A stretch of DNA of 32,000 bases, taken from NCBI GenBank assembly GCA_037441475.1, contig JBBISB010000001.1:366418-398417 (forward strand), given 5' to 3'. Below the pieces are notes generated by a model. It made no database searches. It had not been told where the DNA came from and saw only the letters and a program-made list of their open reading frames with translations. This DNA is from Candidatus Iainarchaeum sp. Its GTDB lineage: Archaea > Iainarchaeota > Iainarchaeia > Iainarchaeales > CSSED10-239. Below, one piece after another: positions 1 through 7,957 of the stretch; position 1 is the stretch's first letter, and every line of letters begins with the position of its first letter. A program made the position numbers and the translations under genes.

Positions 1-913
1 TTTTATTTTGTTTTAGTAAATAATTATTTTTATTTTGCCTTTTTAGAAATCTTTTAACATTTGATTTTTTTAATCTTATGTTTGAAGGAAATACCTTATA
101 ACCTAAAAAATCAACACCTTTGCTTACTAAGTTAATATAAATTTTATTCTTTGGAACATCTAATAATAGTTCTTTACTTAAAAATAATTTAATTTTTCTT
201 CTAAAAACCTTTAAATCTTTTTTAGAGTTTGAAAATATTAAAAAATCATCAACATATCTATAATAAAGTTTAATTTTCAAAGTATGCTTAACATATTGAT
301 CTAATTGATTTAGATAAATATTTGCAAACAACTGAGAAGTTAAATTACCTATAGGAATTCCTTTTTCAGTATTATTTACATTAAAAGAATAACTATCAAT
401 TATTTGATATATTAGAGAAAGTAACCTTTCATCCTTAATTCTTTTTTTGATTATTCTTTTTAAAGTGGGTTTATGAACAGAAGGAAAGTATTTTTTAACA
501 TCTTGGTTTAAATAATATTTTGGAGGATTAGTGGTTTGAATGACATTTTTAATTTCAAAAAGGCCTTTATGTGTGCCTTTTCCTTTTCTGCAAGCAAAGG
601 AATTATTTATAAAAGTTTTATCAAAAATAGGTTCTATGATATTAATTATTGAATGTTGAACAACTACATCTCTAAAAGTTGGAGCACTAATAATTCTTTA
701 TTTAGGTTCATAAACTTTAAAACTTCTGTAAGGAGAAAATTGAAAATTTTCTGAAATTAATTGATCTTGTAATAAAAATAGCTCCTTTTCTAAATTTGTT
801 GTAAATTGCAAGACATATTTTTTATTAGGTGTTGATTTTTTTGCTTTTTTATAAGCATTAAAAAGATTTTTAAAAGAAGTAAACTCTTTCCAAAGGTTAT
901 TGTATGATTTCAT
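1..913 (-). CDS. DGR-type reverse transcriptase; 3' end cut by the window edge; one in-frame TAA at 698..700
   Basis: The minus-strand frame is open from the ATG (911..913) to base 2, apart from TAA at 698..700: ...FKVYEPK*RIISAPTFRDVVVQHSIINIIEPIFDKTF... The part after the stop has no Met, so the ORF track lists only 698..913. RT motifs read by hand: SFACRKGKGTHKG; GIPIGNLTSQLFANIYL (IGNLTSQ at 332..352, the [I/L]GxxxSQ signature of DGR RTs versus QGxxxSP in group II intron RTs); YRYVDDFLIF (YVDD at 245..256); VDFLGYKV. Confidence 0.8.
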
Positions 914-1150
914 TTTTAAAAAAACTTATTTAAAGTTAAAAGTTATTACAGATTTCTTTTTACAGACTATAAAAATACTAAATGTAATAACTTATCTTTA
1001 TATTTGATTTTTTAACATAAAAACAATAAAGTTTTTATGGCATACATCATATGCAATCAGGAAACATTTTACAGATGTAGTTTTTTAAAATATTCGCTTT
1101 ATATGTTTTTTTAAAAAAAACAAAAATATAACATATAAACTCTGATAAAA

Positions 1151-1172
1151 CCTTATTTCTTTAAAAATAAGG
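1151..1172 (-). other. Inverted repeat (8-bp stem, 6-nt loop) 5 nt downstream of the VR/stop codon
   Basis: The plus strand reads ccttattt-ctttaa-aaataagg, and the arms are perfect complements. It could be a DGR target-recognition hairpin or simply a terminator-like structure. Confidence 0.45.
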
Positions 1173-1177
1173 AGAAA

Positions 1178-2545
1178 CTACTGAACGCAGCGCAAGCCGA
1201 AGAAGTCGGTCCGGCTTGTAGGAATGTTGGTCAAGTTCAGGGACAAGACACCGGCACTAGAGTCATTGAGCCAGCGACCACCGCGCAAAAAAGCGTATAC
1301 AGTCTTACTTGTGTCATTTATATTACTATAAGTATAAAGCCTACCAACACCATTATTCGCATTATAACTATTACTTGTAAGTAAAAATAAATCTTTATAC
1401 TTTAAAGTAGTGTTACCTAAATTATCAGAATAAATATATTGGTTTCCTCCACCACCTTTTGAATAATCAAAAAAATTAAAGCCAGAAGTATAATTACTAT
1501 CATCAGAATTATTAAATCCATCAGGCTGGTCTTTTATTTGGATAGTATCACTAGTCCATTGCCAAACATTACCTGCTAAATCCCAAATTACCTCTCCATT
1601 AGTTAAAGTTAAAGTTCTTTTTGTAATTCCTGAAAGCTCGTCAAAACCGTCCATGGCCCTAGAGGATGATGAATTTCCTCTTGGAAGGTATCCTGAACCA
1701 ACTTCTCCACCAGACCAGTTGGAGGGAACTTGTTCAATATTTCTTACAATTGTCATCCATTCGTTATTAGTTATTAAATGACCACCGATAGCTTCACAAG
1801 CGGCTATTGCTTCGGTTTGGGTAATTCTTACTATTGGAGAGCCTTCTGGAGTGGACACTAAGGTTCCTGGTGTTGGACATAATTCATAATTATAAGTATT
1901 AGATGTTAAAGAACCAGTATTACAATTAGGATAATCAGCTACAAGATTTCCTTTGCCATCACCATTTACATCCATTTTCATCTGATATTTTGAAACACAA
2001 AAACCCCCTCTTTCATTCATTGTACCATAAAGGTGGTTTCCAGGAACAGGAATAAATCCTTCTGGACAAGAAGATGGATATTTAATATTTTGACGAAGAG
2101 AGGTTTTGGTTATCATTCTATCATTATCAAGGTAAAAAACAATATTTAAGTTGTCTTCTAAAATACCATGATCAATTACTGCTGTCTGGTTTGCAGTAAT
2201 TGTTACTGGTGGGTCTAATGGATTAATATTAGTATTTCCGTGCAAGGAATAACCAGTTATGGTTAAAGAGGTGAAAGGAGAACCATAAGGAGGATTATAC
2301 TCTAAAATAGTTCTGCCATTTATGGAATCTTTTACTTGCAAATAAAAAGAAGTTTCTGATTCTGTGTAAATATCAAGACTTGAGGTTTTACCTAAGGAAT
2401 CATTGGTAAAACCTTTTCCCCAAGAAACAATTATTGCAATAATAGCAACAGCAACAACTATTAAAAGAATGGTTGCAATTAATGGAGAAATTCCTTTCCT
2501 TTTTTTATTTTCCATTTGAAAAAAAATATTTGTATCTATACTCAT
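1178..2545 (-). CDS. DGR variable (target) protein: archaeal type IV pilin-like N-terminus plus FGE-sulfatase / C-type-lectin-fold domain with a C-terminal variable region
   Basis: The N-terminus KRKGISPLIATILLIVVAVAIIAIIVSWG matches the pilins at 29439..30950. The likely true start is ATG 2513..2515 (MENKKRKGISP). The C-terminal half has FGE-sulfatase landmarks: GFIPVPG...FCVSKYQM, ITQTEAIAACEAIGGHLITNNEWM, GNVWQWTSD, FLRGGRW and FGLRCVQ-stop. This is the usual scaffold that carries DGR variable regions. Confidence 0.85.
   Translation of the reverse strand: MSIDTNIFFQMENKKRKGISPLIATILLIVVAVAIIAIIVSWGKGFTNDSLGKTSSLDIYTESETSFYLQVKDSINGRTILEYNPPYGSPFTSLTITGYSLHGNTNINPLDPPVTITANQTAVIDHGILEDNLNIVFYLDNDRMITKTSLRQNIKYPSSCPEGFIPVPGNHLYGTMNERGGFCVSKYQMKMDVNGDGKGNLVADYPNCNTGSLTSNTYNYELCPTPGTLVSTPEGSPIVRITQTEAIAACEAIGGHLITNNEWMTIVRNIEQVPSNWSGGEVGSGYLPRGNSSSSRAMDGFDELSGITKRTLTLTNGEVIWDLAGNVWQWTSDTIQIKDQPDGFNNSDDSNYTSGFNFFDYSKGGGGNQYIYSDNLGNTTLKYKDLFLLTSNSYNANNGVGRLYTYSNINDTSKTVYAFLRGGRWLNDSSAGVLSLNLTNIPTSRTDFFGLRCVQ
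1181..1300 (-). other. Putative DGR variable region (VR); boundaries approximate
   Basis: These are the last ~40 codons of the target gene (YAFLRGGRWLNDSSAGVLSLNLTNIPTSRTDFFGLRCVQ). By hand count, 1181..1297 is about 55% GC with coding-strand A about 15%. The next 100 nt of the same gene (1301..1400) are about 25% GC with coding-strand A about 39%. The 3' end is GC-rich (ggcttgcgctgcgttcag), resembling an IMH element. Confidence 0.7.
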
Positions 2546-2555
2546 AAATGATCTA

Positions 2556-2600
2556 ACATAATATATATAAACATAATATATATAAACATAATATATATAA
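2556..2600. repeat. Three tandem copies of the 15-bp unit cataatatatataaa, plus a degenerate fourth copy to ~2618, upstream of the DGR target gene
   Basis: Unit starts are at 2556, 2571 and 2586 with an exact 15-nt period. On the minus strand each unit reads tttatatatattatg, which has a TTTATATA archaeal TATA-box-like core. Confidence 0.8.
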
Positions 2601-2682
2601 ACAAATTATATATATATAAGAAGATAATATTTATAAAGATATCTAAAGTAAATAAAACTAATAAGTTAAAAAAAAATAAAAA

Positions 2683-2886
2683 TTACTTAGTAATTTTTAC
2701 AAAATAATAAATATCTTTTCCGATACTTGAAAAATCAACCTTAACATTATTTACAGCCATTTTATCTAAAAAATCCTTATATGAAATACCAGCAATGTCT
2801 GCTACCTCTGATAAAGAAATACTTCTTATTTGATATGCTTTAAAAACTAACTTTAGATTTTTAGAGAATTTATTATTTATATCCAT
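2683..2886 (-). CDS. Small UPF0175-like HTH protein (antitoxin-like)
   Basis: 67 aa. SLSEVADIAGISYKDFLDKMAVNNVKV resembles the UPF0175 C-terminal helix-turn-helix. No obvious partner toxin is adjacent. Confidence 0.4.
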   Translation of the reverse strand: MDINNKFSKNLKLVFKAYQIRSISLSEVADIAGISYKDFLDKMAVNNVKVDFSSIGKDIYYFVKITK

Positions 2887-2996
2887 AAATATATTATTTA
2901 TAATAATCTTTTTAAAAGTGAGTAATTAATAAAAAGAAGTATTATATTATCTTCTCTATAATAGTATATAGAAAGAAATAATAAAAAAAGAAAAAC

Positions 2997-5111
2997 ATGT
3001 ATTCAAAAGAAGAAATTACAAAGAAGATACTTGACATTAACAAATACGAAAAACTAAACCCTATGCAAAACTTAGCAAAAGAACATATAGGGACAAACAC
3101 ACTTATCACAACACCAACAGCTTCTGGAAAAACAACAGTCTTTGAAATGTACATGCTTGACTGTTTATTAAACAAGAAAAAAAAAGCAATTTACATCTCT
3201 CCCTTAAAAGCATTAACAACAGAACATTATTTAGAAACTAAAAGAAAGTTTTCAAAAGAATTTAACCTAAAAATAGGACTTTCAACTGGAGACCTGGATT
3301 CAAGTAACAAATATCTTGAAAGTTATGATGTTTTATTTTTAACATATGAAAAATTTGATTCAATTCTAAGACATAAACCTTCATGGTTAAAAAATATTGG
3401 ACTTTTAACAATTGATGAAATTCATGAGCTTGGATCAAATAGAGGTTCAACCTTAGAAGTTATAATTACACAACTAAAACATAGCTATAGAGAAATTACT
3501 CTTCTAGGGTTATCTGCAACCATTAAAAACTCAAAAGAAATATCTGATTGGCTTTCTGCAAAACTAGTTTTAAGTAACTACCGACCAGTTCCTCTTGAAA
3601 CTGGAGTTTTTTATAATGATTCTATTTACTTTGAAGATAGAAAAGAAGACTTAACTTCTCTTACTGTTAAAAACATTAATTTAGGATCAATCATTAAAGA
3701 CACTTTAAAGAAAGAAAAACAAGCAATTGTTTTTTGTGCATCTAGAAAAAATGCAATGTCGTTTGCAAAAAAATATGGAAAAATAATCTCTGGAAGTTTA
3801 AAAGATGAAGAATACCAAAAACTTAGAAAAGCCTCTCAAGAGGTTTTAGAAGCTTTAGAACACCCAACAAAACAATGTGAAAAACTTTCTCTTTCTCTTT
3901 TAATGGGTTCAGCATTTCATCATGCAGGACTGGTCTATAAACAAAGAGAAGTGGTTGAAGAAAATTTTAAGAAAGGAAACATCAAAGTTATTTTTGCAAC
4001 ACCAACTCTTGCAGCTGGAATTAACCTACCAGCCTTTAGGGTGATTATAAACAGTGTTTTTAGATTTTCAGAAGGATCAATGGTTCCAATACCAGTTAAT
4101 GAATTTCAACAAATGGCAGGAAGAGCAGGAAGACCAAGGTATGATAAAAAAGGAGAGGCAATCTGTGTGGTTAACAAAGAAGGAGATATACCTAAGATAT
4201 ATAACACATATATAATATCTGGACCTTCAAACATAGACTCACAACTATCTAAAATAAACATCCTAAGAGGACATCTTTTATCAATGATTCTCATAAACAA
4301 CCTTAGGTCTTTAGAAGAAGTAATCTCTTATATTTCTAAAACATTTTATTATTTTGTTTATGGAAACACAAGTGAGATTAGAAAAAACATACAAGAGATT
4401 ATTTCTGAGTTTATTGGGTATGGTTTTTTAGAAAAGAAAGAAACTGGTTTTGAGATTACCTCTTTAGGTAAGAAAGTGTGTTATCTTTATATTGATCCTC
4501 TTTCAGCAAACAACATCTTAAAAGATTTAGACTTAAAGAAAGAGAAAGATACTAAGGTTTATGAAAAAATATTTACAGTTGTTAATACCTCTGAAATGGC
4601 GCCTTATCTTGTATACAAGCAAGAGAAAGAAAATGATTTGTTTGTTTTTTTTGAAGAGATTAGAAAGAACATTTATTTTGAATATGAGGATATTTATCTT
4701 TTACAAAAACTATATATGACAAAAATTATTCATGAGTGGATTGAAGAAAGAGAAGAAAATTCTTTACTTGAAGAATATAACACAACACCTGGACAGATTA
4801 GAGATATTATTTCAAGAGCAAAATGGATATGCCACTCTACAGTTGAGCTTTTAAAACATAGTAAAGCAAGCTTGATACCTATTAAAGAATATTCAAACCT
4901 TCTTTTAAGGATAAAGTATGGTATAAGAGAAGAGCTTGTTAATTTAGTTGAGATTAAAAATATTGGTAGGGTAAGGGCTAGAAGACTTTATAATAATGGT
5001 ATAAAGAGTGTAAATGATATTAAAAATAATCCAGATAGATTTATTACCTTGGTTGGAAAAATCGGTCTTGAGAGTTTAAAGGAACTTAAGATTGATTATG
5101 AGGAAAAATAA
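2997..5111 (+). CDS. hel308: Ski2-like DNA helicase Hel308
   Basis: 704 aa. Motif I TPTASGKT, motif II DEIH, LSATI, FHHAGL, ATPTLAAGINLPA and QMAGRAGRP are present. There is a C-terminal helix-hairpin-helix region, IKNIGRVRARRLYNNGIKSVNDI. Confidence 0.9.
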   Translation: MYSKEEITKKILDINKYEKLNPMQNLAKEHIGTNTLITTPTASGKTTVFEMYMLDCLLNKKKKAIYISPLKALTTEHYLETKRKFSKEFNLKIGLSTGDLDSSNKYLESYDVLFLTYEKFDSILRHKPSWLKNIGLLTIDEIHELGSNRGSTLEVIITQLKHSYREITLLGLSATIKNSKEISDWLSAKLVLSNYRPVPLETGVFYNDSIYFEDRKEDLTSLTVKNINLGSIIKDTLKKEKQAIVFCASRKNAMSFAKKYGKIISGSLKDEEYQKLRKASQEVLEALEHPTKQCEKLSLSLLMGSAFHHAGLVYKQREVVEENFKKGNIKVIFATPTLAAGINLPAFRVIINSVFRFSEGSMVPIPVNEFQQMAGRAGRPRYDKKGEAICVVNKEGDIPKIYNTYIISGPSNIDSQLSKINILRGHLLSMILINNLRSLEEVISYISKTFYYFVYGNTSEIRKNIQEIISEFIGYGFLEKKETGFEITSLGKKVCYLYIDPLSANNILKDLDLKKEKDTKVYEKIFTVVNTSEMAPYLVYKQEKENDLFVFFEEIRKNIYFEYEDIYLLQKLYMTKIIHEWIEEREENSLLEEYNTTPGQIRDIISRAKWICHSTVELLKHSKASLIPIKEYSNLLLRIKYGIREELVNLVEIKNIGRVRARRLYNNGIKSVNDIKNNPDRFITLVGKIGLESLKELKIDYEEK

Positions 5112-5151
5112 ATGATAAAATAAAAAAAGAAAAATAAATCTTAAAAAAGAT

Positions 5152-5430
5152 TTATTTTCTAACAACTTTTTTTGTAACCTTGCTTGCTGAATCTACAACC
5201 TTGTCTGTTAAAGTGGTTGCTTTTTCAGTAAATGTTGCCATTCTCATTGTTACCCATACAACTACAATTGTAACTATTATAGCATATAAAAACATAGCTA
5301 TCAATGTACCTGCAGTCCCAAATAAAGCCACAAATAAAGCTTTTATAGCGTCATTCCATGCAAGCGCAGCAACTAAACCAAAGGCAGTGGTTAAAAGTAC
5401 TGATACTCTTTCAAAAACTTCTTTTTTCAT
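5152..5430 (-). CDS. Small membrane protein (DUF5654-like)
   Basis: 92 aa with two hydrophobic helices and the motif LAWNDAIKALF. The antisense ORF 5180..5530 is a shadow of this gene. Confidence 0.5.
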   Translation of the reverse strand: MKKEVFERVSVLLTTAFGLVAALAWNDAIKALFVALFGTAGTLIAMFLYAIIVTIVVVWVTMRMATFTEKATTLTDKVVDSASKVTKKVVRK

Positions 5431-5462
5431 ATTTTTTCACAATCTCCTTTTATTTTTAATAA

Positions 5463-5804
5463 TTATTTTTTATAACCATGAAGTTTATTATACTCTTTGT
5501 GATCAATTATTTTTAATACCAACAAAATAATTTCTATTTCATTTCCTTGAATAGTATAAAGCAATCTCCAAAAATTAGATAATTCTAGTCTATATAAATT
5601 ATCAATATTATATTCATAAATTAATTTAGATGGGATTAATTTTTTAGGGCATGGTTTTCCTAGCATAGGATTTTCTTTTAATAAAGCAATATTGTGCTCA
5701 ATAGATTTTAAAATTGTTTTTGAAAAAGGATCTTTAGATTTTTTTAATAACAAATAACTATCTTTAGCATCTCCTTTTAAAAGCACAGAAATTTTTCTAG
5801 ACAT
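5463..5804 (-). CDS. RelE/ParE-superfamily toxin-like protein
   Basis: 113 aa. The C-terminal pattern LYRLELSNFWRLLYTIQGNEIEIILLVLKIIDHKEYNKL matches the RelE-type yRlrvgdyRliY...i.il.i.hRk.aY signature. Confidence 0.6.
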   Translation of the reverse strand: MSRKISVLLKGDAKDSYLLLKKSKDPFSKTILKSIEHNIALLKENPMLGKPCPKKLIPSKLIYEYNIDNLYRLELSNFWRLLYTIQGNEIEIILLVLKIIDHKEYNKLHGYKK

Positions 5805-5813
5805 ACCATTTAT

Positions 5814-6104
5814 TTAAATCTCCAAAGTATCTTTTTTTATATCTTTTAAGTAAGAGGGTACTTTATAGACCCATTGAATCCCTCTAGGTCCATAGATAAT
5901 CTTACCACTTATGAATAAATATTCTAAAACTAATTTTAATGTAGAATGCATAACTTTCTTTGGTAAACTTTCTTTTAACTTAGATATCTTTATAGGCATA
6001 TCAGAGTTTTTCTTAAGATAAGTTTCAACCATTAAAACAGTAGAAAAATTAGGGTACCTTGTTTCGAAAGATTTTTTAGAAGAAACGTTTTTTTTAGAAA
6101 CCAT
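5814..6104 (-). CDS. Hypothetical small protein, possible cognate antitoxin / winged-helix protein
   Basis: 96 aa. It ends 9 nt upstream of the RelE-like ORF on the same strand, which is the position expected for an antitoxin. I recognise no diagnostic motif. Confidence 0.35.
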   Translation of the reverse strand: MVSKKNVSSKKSFETRYPNFSTVLMVETYLKKNSDMPIKISKLKESLPKKVMHSTLKLVLEYLFISGKIIYGPRGIQWVYKVPSYLKDIKKDTLEI

Positions 6105-6174
6105 GTAATCACTTTAAAGTATCAACATATACTTTATAAGTAGAAATAAATATAAATATATTCTTTTTTAAAAC

Positions 6175-7434
6175 CTAACCAATATTTTCAAGCTTTATTA
6201 TTTCCCTTATCAAAACTGTGGCGTACTGTCCCTTATCTAAAACAAAAGAAACAGTGGCCTTCATTTGTCCAAGATTTAAATCATCTTCTTCTACTGAAAT
6301 TAACTTTAAGTCTTTTGGGAAAGTGATAAGAGGCCTAAAATCCCCCTTGCAAGAAAGAACAGAGTAATCTCTATTAAAAAAATGCTTAAAATCTATTCTT
6401 TCTTTTTTAAAAATCTCTTTTTCAACCTCTCCAGCCTTTCCTTCTAAAAACTTAGAATCATGACCAAACAACTGTAGGTTTATTTTACCATCAATTATTT
6501 TATCTCCCTCTATTTCCTGAGTAGAATATCCCTTATCTATTCTTAAGTTAATAATTTCATTAAATAAAAAAGATTGATAGGCATGTAAAAATAAATACTG
6601 CATTGACTTTGATAATGCCTTAAAAGCACCTAAGTAATCATCAGGGTTATTTGCTAAGTGGTTTAACATGGTAACTTCAAAGCCACTTTTTGAAGGAAAA
6701 GAAGATGACCATTTTTTAAAATCCTTTGTATCTAAAATATCTTTTCTTGCAAAAATCATTTCCTCTGACTCATACTCTGAAGGGGATGTTAAATAAAGAA
6801 GAACAGCTTCTTTGTAATTTTTATATAAAAGCGCTTTACCAACCTTTGCTGTAATCTCTCTTGCACCACCAAACCTTTGCTCTCCAAAATAATTAATTAA
6901 GCCTTTTTGATTAATTTCAAGAATTGCTTTTTCAATAATATCAATAATTTCTTGTTTTGTAAAAGAAGTTATCTGTCTTATAGTTATTGTAAACTTATTA
7001 ACTTCTAAATCTCCAATATCTATTTTTTGAGAAGACCAAGAAGGGTTATAAGTTTTAATATCTTTAAAATAAAATTTTGAAAGTCTTTCAATTGCAGGGT
7101 CATAAAGAGATATTCTTTGAGAGGAGATTGATCTTTTGTCCTTTAAACCTGCATAACCAAATCTTGATTTTGAAAGTCTTAAAAATCTAGACATCTCACT
7201 TATCGCATGCATGGTTGAAAGATTATGTTTTTCCATATCAAGAATTAAATAATCCTCTCCTTGTTTTCTTTTTTCAAAAACATCTTTCCACTCAATGGTT
7301 TCTATTTTTTTATCAGGTAAATATTTTACAGAAGTAGTGTAGTTTAAACCAGACTCTTCAACTATGAAGTCTTGAGGAAGTTGTTTTATTCTTCCGCCTA
7401 AGCCTTTTGTTGTTGTAATGTATCTATAATCCAT
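6175..7434 (-). CDS. truD: tRNA pseudouridine synthase TruD/Pus7 family
   Basis: 419 aa. The N-terminal GLGGRIKQLPQDFIVEE and the catalytic region FGYAGLKDKRSISSQ are TruD hallmarks. Confidence 0.92.
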   Translation of the reverse strand: MDYRYITTTKGLGGRIKQLPQDFIVEESGLNYTTSVKYLPDKKIETIEWKDVFEKRKQGEDYLILDMEKHNLSTMHAISEMSRFLRLSKSRFGYAGLKDKRSISSQRISLYDPAIERLSKFYFKDIKTYNPSWSSQKIDIGDLEVNKFTITIRQITSFTKQEIIDIIEKAILEINQKGLINYFGEQRFGGAREITAKVGKALLYKNYKEAVLLYLTSPSEYESEEMIFARKDILDTKDFKKWSSSFPSKSGFEVTMLNHLANNPDDYLGAFKALSKSMQYLFLHAYQSFLFNEIINLRIDKGYSTQEIEGDKIIDGKINLQLFGHDSKFLEGKAGEVEKEIFKKERIDFKHFFNRDYSVLSCKGDFRPLITFPKDLKLISVEEDDLNLGQMKATVSFVLDKGQYATVLIREIIKLENIG

Positions 7435-7437
7435 GGT

Positions 7438-7689
7438 TTAAAGTTCCTTAACATATATTGGAAGAGTATTCTTATCAAGAGGAATAGCAACTTCTTTCTT
7501 TAAAGCAGTATTTTCTAAAAATAAATAAACTATGTTTCCAGAAAAATTAGGACCTTCAAAAAATCTTTGTTTTAAACCAGTTATTTTATAACCTGGATAT
7601 TTTTCTTTTATTAAGTTAATTTTTTTATCACTACCCTTAACAAGCTTAAAGCCTAATCTTTCTGAAAAACCTTTAGTTTCGCTAAACAC
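7438..7689 (-). CDS. Hypothetical protein; probably the C-terminal part of a frameshifted gene (weakly GNAT-like)
   Basis: GTG start in the ORF track. The same frame stays open upstream to 7773 (FRTIKKIYSELLSVAKDKKLKNIYTSSWVFSETKGFSERLGFKLV...). Confidence 0.4.
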   Translation of the reverse strand: MFSETKGFSERLGFKLVKGSDKKINLIKEKYPGYKITGLKQRFFEGPNFSGNIVYLFLENTALKKEVAIPLDKNTLPIYVKEL

Positions 7690-7712
7690 CCATGATGAGG
7701 TATATATATTTT

Positions 7713-7943
7713 TTAGTTTCTTATCTTTTGCAACAGATAAAAGCTCAGAATATATTTTTTTAATTGTCCTAAATTAGATTCTGCATTTGCTTTTAGAAAA
7801 TCAATGACTAAAGATTTTCCTTTAACTGTGTAGGTAAGAGAATAATTTTTATTTTCCAAGCTTCTTTTACGTAAATCTATGATTCCACATTTAGTTCCAA
7901 GAGTGGTTTTAGTAAGATTTCTTGCTTTTAATGTTTTTATCAA
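7713..7943 (-). CDS. Hypothetical protein; probably the N-terminal part of the same frameshifted gene
   Basis: 76 aa. Its frame and that of 7438..7689 overlap across a T7 run (7755..7761). A 1-nt change there would fuse them into about 165 aa. Confidence 0.4.
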   Translation of the reverse strand: MIKTLKARNLTKTTLGTKCGIIDLRKRSLENKNYSLTYTVKGKSLVIDFLKANAESNLGQLKKYILSFYLLQKIRN

Positions 7944-7957
7944 ATCAAATCACCTTT

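Noticed and set aside
1-913. The RT could belong to a group II intron or a retron.
   Set aside because: Motif 4 is IGNLTSQ (DGR type), not QGxxxSP. I see no maturase/X or endonuclease region and no recognisable intron domain V-like GC-rich hairpin nearby. The adjacent VR-type target gene fits a DGR better.
914-1177. Looked for the DGR template repeat in the canonical position between the target gene and the RT.
   Set aside because: Neither strand of this very AT-rich spacer resembles the GC-rich VR. Even the 3' block ggcttgcgctgcgttcag, which should be shared, is absent. I also saw no other GC-rich match elsewhere in the window, so the TR is reported as not found rather than assigned.
2556-2618. 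Short tandem repeats here (15-bp units) and at 19698..19796 (33-bp units) as possible CRISPR arrays.
   Set aside because: There are only three directly abutting copies with no unique spacers. The units are too short or AT-rich low complexity, and no cas genes are nearby.
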